From contig JBEKLQ010000005.1 in NCBI GenBank assembly GCA_050010115.1, positions 13,895 through 77,894 on the forward strand: 64,000 bases of DNA, in the 5' to 3' direction. This DNA is from Acidimicrobiales bacterium. GTDB taxonomy: Bacteria; Actinomycetota; Acidimicrobiia; Acidimicrobiales; Bog-793. A model generated the notes under the pieces. That model ran no database searches. It saw nothing but the letters and a program-made list of their open reading frames with translations, and had not been told where the DNA came from. Positions 47,364-54,954 of the stretch are shown one piece after another (positions within the stretch are counted from its first letter, which is position 1; each line of letters starts with the position of its first letter). Made by a program: the position numbers and the translations under genes.

Positions 47364-47476
47364 TAGTACCTCCAGCTACCGGTTACGGGTGACAGGTAAC
47401 TCTATCAAAGTAGTAGCACCGCGAGAACGCATCGATTACATCCACAAGCAGACGCTCGACTGCCGCACGCCGCCGA

Positions 47477-48724
47477 TCAGCGGTTGACCGGAGGTTCTTT
47501 GGGCAGGCCGAGTACGCGCTCACCGAGGATGTTGCGCATGACCTCGTCGGTACCACCTGCGACGCGCATACCCGGCACGCCAAGCACGAACTTCGACCAG
47601 GCGAAAGTGCCCCATTCGCCCGAATCGGCGGTGATGCGGGGGCCGAGGATGCGGGCTGCCAGCTCGGCGGTCCGGGAAAGGTTCTGCGTGAGCGAGAGCT
47701 TGGCGATCGACAGTTCCGGACCTGGTAGCTGACCTGACCGGATCTTGGCGAGGGCGCGCTCGTTGTTGTACCGCGCCACCTGCAGGTTGATCCAGGTGTC
47801 AGCGATCTCCTGCCGCAGGAGGCGGTCGTCATTGACACCGAGGTGTTGCGCCAGCGCGATCAGGCGTCGCAACTCGCTTCCGCCGGACGAAGCGCCACCT
47901 CCACCACCGCCGATCGCGGCCCGCTCGTTCATCAGCGTTGTGAGCGCAACGGACCAGCCGGAGTTCACATCCCCGAGGAGGTGATCGGCGGGGATGCGGA
48001 CGTCTGTGAAGAACACCTCGTTGAACGAGGCACCGCCGGTCATCTGGCGCAACGGCCGGACCTCGACCCCGGGCGCATGCATGTCGACGATGAAGCCGCT
48101 CAGTCCCTTGTGCTTGGGGAGGTCAGGGTCGGTGCGGCAGAGGATCTCGCCGATCTCCGAATAGTGGGCGCCGGAGGTCCACACCTTCTGGCCGTTGACG
48201 ATCCACTCATCGCCGTCGCGGACGGCTCGCGTCTGGAGCGACGCCAGGTCGGAGCCGGCTCCCGGCTCGGAGAACAGCTGGCAGGCGATGATGTCGCCCC
48301 GGTAGAGCGCCCGGAGGTACCGCTGTTTCACGGTCTCGGTGCCGTGGGCGAGGATCGTGGGCGCGATCATGCCGAGTCCGATCCCGCGAGGGGCCTGGGT
48401 GGGCGTGGCGTAGCGAGACTCGATCGAGCCGTAGAGCGTCTGATACGACTTCGGCAGTTCACGACCGCCGTAGCGTTTGGGTCCCGTGATCCAGCCGAAG
48501 CCGGCGTCAAAGACCTTCTGTGCCCACGCCTTGGCCGCTGCGACCTCTTTGGCATCCTGCTCAGGCGTGCGCTCCGGCAGCACGGAGATCTCGTCGGAGC
48601 CCTCGCCGTAGCCGGATCGAACGACGGGCTTGAGTGTCGCATTCGCCTCGAGGAATGCCTCGGCGTCCCGGGCGAACTCGGTCTCGGTCACCTCTGCTGC
48701 TGCGTCAACAATCGTGTCAGCCAC
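47477..48724 (-). CDS. acyl-CoA dehydrogenase
   Basis: 415-aa ORF. FSEPGAGSDLASLQTRA and the C-terminal GGTDEVMRNILGERVLGLP are typical ACAD motifs. Confidence 0.9.
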   Translation of the reverse strand: MADTIVDAAAEVTETEFARDAEAFLEANATLKPVVRSGYGEGSDEISVLPERTPEQDAKEVAAAKAWAQKVFDAGFGWITGPKRYGGRELPKSYQTLYGSIESRYATPTQAPRGIGLGMIAPTILAHGTETVKQRYLRALYRGDIIACQLFSEPGAGSDLASLQTRAVRDGDEWIVNGQKVWTSGAHYSEIGEILCRTDPDLPKHKGLSGFIVDMHAPGVEVRPLRQMTGGASFNEVFFTDVRIPADHLLGDVNSGWSVALTTLMNERAAIGGGGGGASSGGSELRRLIALAQHLGVNDDRLLRQEIADTWINLQVARYNNERALAKIRSGQLPGPELSIAKLSLTQNLSRTAELAARILGPRITADSGEWGTFAWSKFVLGVPGMRVAGGTDEVMRNILGERVLGLPKEPPVNR

Positions 48725-48810
48725 CCCCGCACTGTAGGTCGTGAGCGTCCACTGCGGCGATGCCTGCCCCGGCTAGCTTGGCCTGACGGGGACATGGAGG
48801 TCAACGGAGA

Positions 48811-50058
48811 ATGTCCGTAACGGACCCATGGGAAGCAGTACTCGAGCGAATCGACGACGGGGCCAAGCTCATTGGGCTGGAAGAGGACATCCGCCGAATG
48901 CTGTCGGTGCCGACACGCGTGCTCGAAGTCGGCGTGCCCGTACGGATGGATGACGGTCACATCGAGGTCTTCCTCGGATGGCGGGTCCATCATGACGTCA
49001 GCCGTGGCCCAGGGAAGGGTGGCATCCGGTTCCACCCGTCGGTGACGGCGAGCGAGGTGAAGGCGCTGGCGGCGGAGATGACGCTCAAGTGCGCCGTCGT
49101 CGACATCCCCTTCGGGGGTGCCAAAGGCGGCGTGCAGGTCGATCCGCGCCAGCTCTCCGACTTCGAGCTCGAGCGCCTGACGCGCCGCTACACGATCGAC
49201 GTCGCGTCGCTGCTCGGGGCGGACAAAGACGTACCGGCTCCGGACGTCAACACCGACGCCAGGGTGATGGCGTGGCTGATGGACACGATCTCGATGTTCC
49301 GGGGCGAAGCGGTCACCGGTGTTGTGACGGGCAAGCCGCTTGCCGTCGGCGGCAGCCGCGGGCACGTCGGTGCGACGTCGCAAGGTGTGCTGATCTGCAG
49401 CCGGGCGATCTTCCATGAGCTCGGCATGTCGATGGCGGGCTCCCGGGCGATCGTGCAGGGTCACGGCAAAGTGGGTGGGCCACTCTGCTACCTGCTGTCC
49501 TCGGCCGGTATGCGCGTCGTCGCCGTCACCGACGCGGACGGTGGCGTGTACAACCCCGCCGGACTCGACACGTTGGCGCTGGCGGACCACGTGTCGCGGC
49601 ACGGCACGGTGGCGGGTTTTGCGATGGCGGACCCGCTCGATCCGACGAAGCTCTGGGACATCGAGTGCGAGCTTGCCGTTCCCGCGGCCCTCGAGGGCAC
49701 CATCACCGCCGATGTCGCCGCTCGACTCGGTGCCAAGGTCGTAGTCGAGGCGGCGAACGGTCCTACCTTGCCGGAGGCCGATCCGATCCTTGAGCACCGC
49801 GGCATCGTGCTCGTGCCGGACATCCTCGCCAACGCCGGGGGTGTGACGGCTTCGTACTTCGAGTGGGCGCAGAGCCGGCAGGGTTTCGCCTGGGAAGAGC
49901 AGGTCGTCGCCGAACGGCTGCGGCGGATCATGGAAACCGCCTTCGACGCCTGCTGGCAGCACTCCAAGGATCTGAAGGTCACGCTGCGGCGCGCTGCGGT
50001 GGCGCTTGCGCTCGAACGTGTCGGTGAGGCGATCCGGTTGCGGGGGCTGTTCCCCTAG
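48811..50058 (+). CDS. gdh: Glu/Leu/Phe/Val-family (glutamate) dehydrogenase
   Basis: Catalytic Lys box PFGGAKGGVQVDP and dinucleotide fold VQGHGKVGGPL. 415 aa. Confidence 0.9.
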   Translation: MSVTDPWEAVLERIDDGAKLIGLEEDIRRMLSVPTRVLEVGVPVRMDDGHIEVFLGWRVHHDVSRGPGKGGIRFHPSVTASEVKALAAEMTLKCAVVDIPFGGAKGGVQVDPRQLSDFELERLTRRYTIDVASLLGADKDVPAPDVNTDARVMAWLMDTISMFRGEAVTGVVTGKPLAVGGSRGHVGATSQGVLICSRAIFHELGMSMAGSRAIVQGHGKVGGPLCYLLSSAGMRVVAVTDADGGVYNPAGLDTLALADHVSRHGTVAGFAMADPLDPTKLWDIECELAVPAALEGTITADVAARLGAKVVVEAANGPTLPEADPILEHRGIVLVPDILANAGGVTASYFEWAQSRQGFAWEEQVVAERLRRIMETAFDACWQHSKDLKVTLRRAAVALALERVGEAIRLRGLFP

Positions 50059-50126
50059 GCATCGGGCGGTCTGCTGGGCTGCCAGGAGCGGCCAGACTGG
50101 AGTGATGGCGCGGGCTCAGAGGGGGC

Positions 50127-50506
50127 TTGCCGCGCCAGGTTCGCATGGATCTCTTGCCGTTTCGCGAGTCCAGAGACCTTCGGATCCTGTTCGCCGCCGG
50201 AGTCATCTCGTTCGCCGGAAGCGTGCTCACCACGTCGCCCTGCCGTACCAGAGGTACCAGTTGTCGCACTCGTTGCTCGCCACGACGTTCATCGGAGGGG
50301 CGCTCGCCGACACCGTCGACCGGAGGCGCATGATCCGCCTCACGCAGGTCGCGCTGTGCCTGGCCTCCGGCGTGCTCGTACTGAACTCGCTGCTCGGCCA
50401 ACCGCAGCTCTGGTTGCTTTCCGTTGGCTCCGTGGTGATGGCTGGCGCGGCGTTCTGGCGCTATGAAGGCCGCGAAGGCGAGAAGTTGCGCCGCCCCGCG
50501 GGTTGA
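50127..50506 (+). pseudogene. N-terminal fragment of an MFS transporter, frameshifted and 3'-truncated
   Basis: Frame 50127 reads ...LRILFAAGVISFAGSVLT. After a 1-nt slip near 50224 the homology continues in the 50006 frame (VALPYQRYQLSHSLL ... GGALADTVDRRRMIRL ...). It ends after about four TM segments, with no continuation downstream. Confidence 0.55.
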
Positions 50507-50548
50507 GGCGTCCATCGCATCGCTGGGTCGGGACTCTGGGTGGGTTTC

Positions 50549-50656
50549 GGGACAGATAGGTCCCAATGCGACCGGAGAGTCGGTCCGCGGTGCCGGCGTG
50601 CCGGTCGACTCTTCCCGGGTTCTGGGACAGATAGGTCCCAATGCGACCGGAGAGTC
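50549..50656 (+). repeat. two identical 33-nt direct repeats (GGGACAGATAGGTCCCAATGCGACCGGAGAGTC), 75-bp period
   Basis: Copies at 50549-50581 and 50624-50656. They are related to the pair at 52672-52788. Confidence 0.85.
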
Positions 50657-50732
50657 CGAAGAAACCCGCAACCCGCCCCCGCCCCCGAAGCGCCCTGGGC
50701 GCCGCTCATGTTCATCGTGGCATCCCTGCTCA

Positions 50733-50770
50733 TCTGGTCGTCTGGTCGTCTGGTCGTCTGGTCGTCTGGC
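50733..50770. repeat. 8-nt microsatellite TCTGGTCG x about 4.75
   Basis: Perfect units at 50733-50764 plus the partial unit TCTGGC. It lies in the non-coding, decayed region. Confidence 0.9.
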
Positions 50771-51051
50771 ACCCTGGCTGAGGGCTGGCGCACTGTCATC
50801 GAGGCGGTCGATGTCGCCCCCGACGATGAGGACGTCCCGACGCCCGGCAGGTCGGAGTCGTGATCTGCCGGAAGGTACGCGGCATCTGGCGTGGGCTCGT
50901 CGCCGGCGATGATCGGGAGGACGAGCCAAGCTACGAATCCTTGCCGGGCACGCAGTAGGCGGAGTGCCACCGCACCGGGGCGAGAGGCGGCGATACTGAT
51001 CCCGGACCGGGGTCGTCTCTCGGGACACGGGCGCCAGGAGGGCGTCGCTCT

Positions 51052-51672
51052 ATGCGGGCAACTCGAGTCGTAGGCGGAGCACTCTGGATAGCGGTCGCGC
51101 TGTTGTTGGGTGGGTGTTCCCTATTCGGTCACTCGTCAGCCGCCAGTACGACATCCACGTCCACCTCGGTCATCGTCGCGACCTCGTCGACCACGACGAC
51201 AACACAGGCGCCGACCACGCCGAGCAGCCCCTCGACCTCGGCTACGACCACGACCCTGCTATGCAAGGGATCGGCACTGTCCGTTTCCATCGGGCGACAC
51301 TCGGTAGCAGCGGCAACGGTAGCGCTGGGTTTCGTGGTGACGAACCAGGGTGCCGGGGCATGCACGCTGGACGGTTACCCGACAATCCTCCTCGTGCCGG
51401 CATCGGGCACCATGAAGCCAGTCATCACCGACATCGGATCCACCGCGCCGGTGAACGTGGCGGCCGGAGGGACGGCCGGTTTTGTGGTGGAGTACGGCGA
51501 CTTCCCTGTCGACGGGCAGACGACGTGTCCTGCTGTCACCGCGGTGGACGTGACGCTTCCGCGCCCCGGCGGCACGAGCACAGTGAAAGCGAGCTTCTCA
51601 CCGTGTGGGGCGCCCAACGTCAAGGTGTCAGCCGTGTTGGGGGAGACTCAGTACGACGCGATGCTCGGTTGA
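51052..51672 (+). CDS. DUF4232-like secreted lipoprotein
   Basis: Lipobox LLLGGC and a Ser/Thr-rich linker. The domain has conserved Cys pairs (CKGSAL ... NQGAGACTLDGYP ... GQTTCP ... FSPCG), typical of DUF4232. Confidence 0.7.
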   Translation: MRATRVVGGALWIAVALLLGGCSLFGHSSAASTTSTSTSVIVATSSTTTTTQAPTTPSSPSTSATTTTLLCKGSALSVSIGRHSVAAATVALGFVVTNQGAGACTLDGYPTILLVPASGTMKPVITDIGSTAPVNVAAGGTAGFVVEYGDFPVDGQTTCPAVTAVDVTLPRPGGTSTVKASFSPCGAPNVKVSAVLGETQYDAMLG

Positions 51673-51676
51673 GCGG

Positions 51677-52579
51677 TCAGGCGGCACGGGCGGCCGTTGC
51701 ACGCGCCAGGGTCGCCTTGACCGTTTGACACAAGCCGCCTGGGTCGTCTCGTATATCGTCCGCTGTGATCCGCAGCACCGTGTAGCCCAGGTTCGCGAGG
51801 GCATTCTGGCGCCGCCGATCGTTGACGAAGGTGCGCGGATCGGAGTGGTAGCGGTAGCCGTCAACCTCGATGACGACGTAGAGATCCGGCCAGGCGGCGT
51901 CGACTCGGGCGACGAACCTGCCGTCGTGGGTCACCCGGTACTGGACCTTGGGCTTCGGGATGCCGGCCGCTTCGAGCACGCTCAGGAGCTCCATCTCGAG
52001 CTCGCTGTCCACGACTCCGCCGCCGGCCAGGTTTGCGAGGCCCCGTAAGCGGCGGCTACCCGGCGCACGCTTGCGCAGCCGCCGCAGGAAGCGCTCGAGC
52101 TGGGACGGACTGACGAGCCGATGTGAGAGACAGTGGGCGAGGAACGAGCGGAGCGTCGCAGCTTCGTGGCCGGCGGCACAGAGGTCGAGGAGCGTCTGGA
52201 TCGGTGTAGTGACGCGGATGCCGTCTCGGGTGACGCTGACCCTGTCGAGGTCCCGGGTGGTCGAGTGCACGACGAAACCTACCCGTGCCTTCGGGCTTCG
52301 CTTGTGCGACACGGTGACGTGCGCCTTGGGGGTATTGAGTGCGTCCGAGCCCCACCAGATCACTGCCGACTCATGTGAGGCGACGCCGGCGGTGGCGACG
52401 GTGGCGGCCCTGATCTCGTCTCGAGCTGAGGGTGTGTGGCCGGCGACCCGGTACAGGCCCCGACTATGGCGCACCAGGACACCGCGCTGCGCCAGCCGCG
52501 CAAGCGTCCGCCGTTCTACGCGCTCGGCGGCCGCGTCGGCCACGGTGATGAGTCCGTGACGTTGTTCGGCCAATCGCAT
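51677..52579 (-). CDS. AbiEi_4-like winged-helix N-domain fused to a DUF559 (Vsr-like endonuclease fold) domain
   Basis: N-terminus: RHGLITVADAAAERVERRTLARLAQRGVLVRHSRGLYRV. C-terminus: SELEMELLSVLEAAGIPKPKVQYRV ... VIEVDGYRYHSD ... DRRRQNALANLGYTVLRI. ATG at 52579 (alternative GTG at 52612). The 53008 extension crosses repeats and is rejected. Confidence 0.75.
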   Translation of the reverse strand: MRLAEQRHGLITVADAAAERVERRTLARLAQRGVLVRHSRGLYRVAGHTPSARDEIRAATVATAGVASHESAVIWWGSDALNTPKAHVTVSHKRSPKARVGFVVHSTTRDLDRVSVTRDGIRVTTPIQTLLDLCAAGHEAATLRSFLAHCLSHRLVSPSQLERFLRRLRKRAPGSRRLRGLANLAGGGVVDSELEMELLSVLEAAGIPKPKVQYRVTHDGRFVARVDAAWPDLYVVIEVDGYRYHSDPRTFVNDRRRQNALANLGYTVLRITADDIRDDPGGLCQTVKATLARATAARAA

Positions 52580-52671
52580 GAGCCGGTGGAGTCGATCGGG
52601 GTCACTGGCCACGGTCTCATCCTGACGCCCGGGTGTGTCATCGGGTCGGGGTTGGGCTCTCGGGTCGATTC

Positions 52672-52788
52672 GGGACACATGTGTCCCGAAGGCGGGGAGA
52701 GTCGGGGCCGCCGGGCGTGGCGGGGATGATTTTCTTGGAACTGTCCGATCGGTAGGGGGCATATGTGTCCCGAAAGCGGCGGATAGTC
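52672..52788 (+). repeat. two diverged copies of the 33-nt repeat; the first contains a perfect 16-bp palindrome GGGACACATGTGTCCC
   Basis: 52672-52703 reads GGGACACATGTGTCCCGAAGGCGGGGAGAGTC. 52756-52788 reads GGGGCATATGTGTCCCGAAAGCGGCGGATAGTC. Both lie in the divergent region between the DUF559 gene and the amidohydrolase. Confidence 0.8.
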
Positions 52789-53006
52789 GCGAGAGCGAGG
52801 TGAAGGCCTCGGGAGGGAGAGACGGCTCGGGCGTCGCTTCAACCACCAAGAAACCCGCCACGCCCACCAACCCACGGTCCGTGATCCGGTGCTCGGGGAT
52901 GACGGACGGGCAGAGAGGGCGCGCCGCGGTCGAGTGTGGCGCGAGATTGGGGCAGCTGTTAAGACGTTCCGAGAATCGGGAGGCCGCTTTGCCCGCTCCA
53001 GCCGAC

Positions 53007-54677
53007 ATGGCTCTGATCGATGGCCGGGTCTACACGCTCGACTCAACTCGGCCCTGGGCCGAGGCGATCGCCATCCGCGGCGGGCGCATCGTGGGTGTCG
53101 GCACCACCGCCGAGATCCACGAGCTGTGTTCGACGTCCACCGACGTGATTGATCTGCAGGGCCAGATGGTCATGCCCGGCTTCCAGGACTCACACGTGCA
53201 TCCGCCCATGGGTGGCGTCGAAATGCTGCGTTGTGACCTCTCGGCAGGCCGGTCCAGGCAGGACTACCTGGAGACCGTAGGGTCGTACGCCACCAGTCAT
53301 CCCGCCGCCGACTGGATCCTCGGCGGAGGTTGGTCGATGCCGGCGTTCCCCGGAGGCGTGCCAACAGCGGTTGATCTGGACGCAATCGTGGGTGCCCGGC
53401 CCGTGTTCCTGCCCAACCGGGATCACCACAGTGCCTGGGTGAGCTCGCGGGCGCTCGAGCTGGCAGGGATCACCTCGGAGACGCCCGACCCGATCGACGG
53501 TCGGCTCGAACGGGACGCCGCAGGGCGGCCGACCGGTGCGTTGCACGAGGGCGCGATGGGCCTCGTCGAGCGGCTCCTGCCCCCGCTGTGTACCGATGAC
53601 TACGTGGAGGGGTTGCTGGCGGCGCAGGCATACCTGCACTCCCTCGGGATCACCGCTTGGCAGGACGCCTGGGTGACTTCGAGCCCCGGTGGGAATTCCT
53701 TCGAGGCCTACATGCGATTGGCGGGAGATGGCCGCTTGACTGCCAGGGTCATCGCGGCGCTCTGGTGGGAGAGAGGACGCGGGGCGGAGCAAGTGGAGGG
53801 TTTCTTGGCGCTGAGGGCGCAAGCGGCCGAGGCGGACCGCTTCTCCGCTACGTCCGTGAAGATCATGCAGGACGGGGTCTGTGAGACCTTCACGGCCGCC
53901 ATGCTGACGCCGTACCTCGATGTCCACGGGCACAGCACTGACAACTGTGGGTTGTCATTCGTGGATCCCGAGTCGTTGCGGGATCACGTGACGCTGCTCG
54001 ACGCCGAGGGCTTCCAGGTTCACGTGCATGCCATCGGGGACCGCGCAGTTCGTGAGGCCTTGGACGCCATCGAGGCCGCCCAGGTCGCGAATGGGCCGAG
54101 TGGGTTGCGTCACCACGTCGCCCACCTGCAGGTGGTGCATCCGGAGGATGTGAGCCGATTCGCGGGGTTGGGCGTCGTGGCGAACTTCCAACCGTTGTGG
54201 GCTTGCGCGGATGCGCAGATGATGGAGTTGACGGTGCCGTTTCTCGGGCCGGAGCGGGCGGCGATGCAGTACCCGATCGGGTCGTTAGTGTCCCGCTCGG
54301 TGCCAGTTGCTTTCGGGAGCGACTGGCCGGTGTCGACTCCGGACCCGTTCGCCGAGCTGCACGTGGCCGTGACGCGAACGGCGCCGGCGGGCGCTCGGTT
54401 CGGGGCTGTTTCGCCCGATGGAGCGACCGGTTCGCCGTTCTTGCCTGACGAGCGGATCGATCTTGCTTTGGCGGTGCGGGCGTTCACGCTCGGGAGCGCG
54501 TACGTCAACGATTTAGATGGGTGGACTGGTTCGATCGAGCCAGGGAAGCGCGCCGACTTGGCTGTCGTCGACCGCAACCTGTTCGAGGTCGACGATCTCG
54601 ACGGAGGCGTCGCCGCCGCTCGCGTGACGATGACGATGGTCGAGGGTTCGGTGGTGTTCGAGCACGCGGAGGCGTAG
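53007..54677 (+). CDS. amidohydrolase-family metal-dependent hydrolase (Amidohydro_3-like)
   Basis: MALIDGRVYTLD ... AIRGGRIVGVGT ... MPGFQDSHVHP (HxH metal site) ... HVHAIGDRA ... FGSDWPV. ATG at 53007 chosen. Confidence 0.85.
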   Translation: MALIDGRVYTLDSTRPWAEAIAIRGGRIVGVGTTAEIHELCSTSTDVIDLQGQMVMPGFQDSHVHPPMGGVEMLRCDLSAGRSRQDYLETVGSYATSHPAADWILGGGWSMPAFPGGVPTAVDLDAIVGARPVFLPNRDHHSAWVSSRALELAGITSETPDPIDGRLERDAAGRPTGALHEGAMGLVERLLPPLCTDDYVEGLLAAQAYLHSLGITAWQDAWVTSSPGGNSFEAYMRLAGDGRLTARVIAALWWERGRGAEQVEGFLALRAQAAEADRFSATSVKIMQDGVCETFTAAMLTPYLDVHGHSTDNCGLSFVDPESLRDHVTLLDAEGFQVHVHAIGDRAVREALDAIEAAQVANGPSGLRHHVAHLQVVHPEDVSRFAGLGVVANFQPLWACADAQMMELTVPFLGPERAAMQYPIGSLVSRSVPVAFGSDWPVSTPDPFAELHVAVTRTAPAGARFGAVSPDGATGSPFLPDERIDLALAVRAFTLGSAYVNDLDGWTGSIEPGKRADLAVVDRNLFEVDDLDGGVAAARVTMTMVEGSVVFEHAEA

Positions 54678-54804
54678 CTATGGCGCAGGGGCCGGACTCA
54701 GCGGACGTGCACGCGTCCGGACACGCTGCACGGGCCGGTGCTACCGGCCCGTCGCACCGGCCCGCTGGGGAAAGTCTCTGGTGCAAGGTTGCACAGGCGT
54801 TCGG

Positions 54805-54836
54805 GCCACGGGCTCGGCGGAGTTCGAGCCCGTGGC
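54805..54836. terminator. 11-bp GC-rich hairpin 42 nt upstream of tRNA-Val
   Basis: GCCACGGGCTC-ggcggagttc-GAGCCCGTGGC. Further hairpins lie at about 54692-54770, after the amidohydrolase stop. No U-tract. Confidence 0.3.
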
Positions 54837-54877
54837 AGACTGCAGTGTCCAGGGCGTGACATCGAGCGCGCAGCGAT

Positions 54878-54954
54878 GGGCGCTTAGCTCAGGTGGTTAG
54901 AGCAGCTCGCTTACAACGAGCAGGTCGGGGGTTCGAGTCCCTCAGCGCCCACCA
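54878..54954 (+). tRNA. tRNA-Val (anticodon TAC), CCA encoded
   Basis: Hand-folded. Acceptor GGGCGCT/AGCGCCC, D arm GCTC-AGGTGGTTA-GAGC, anticodon stem GCTCG/CGAGC with loop CTTACAA, T arm GGGGG-TTCGAGT-CCCTC, then A and CCA. Confidence 0.9.

Noticed and set aside
47364-47476. Short inverted repeat GGTTAC-n9-GTAAC upstream of the TauE gene
   Set aside because: The stem is only 5 bp, which is expected by chance in an intergenic region of this length.
50549-50656. CRISPR-like geometry: 33-nt repeats separated by about 42 nt, and a second pair at 52672-52788
   Set aside because: There are only two copies per locus. The repeats of the two loci are diverged, flanking sequence is also partly repeated, there are no cas genes, and the repeat ends are not CRISPR-like. 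The 14-nt array at 43777-43843 has no spacers at all.
48688-51028. ORFs 48688..49962 (-, 424 aa) and 49979..51028 (-, 349 aa)
   Set aside because: The first is antisense to gdh. The second spans the MFS pseudogene, the 33-nt repeats and the microsatellite, and is Arg/Pro-rich with no domain signature.
52580-53008. Upstream extensions of the DUF559 ORF (to 53008) and of the amidohydrolase ORF (from 52635)
   Set aside because: Both extensions run across the repeat block and overlap each other on opposite strands. Recognisable domains begin at 52579/52612 and at 53007.
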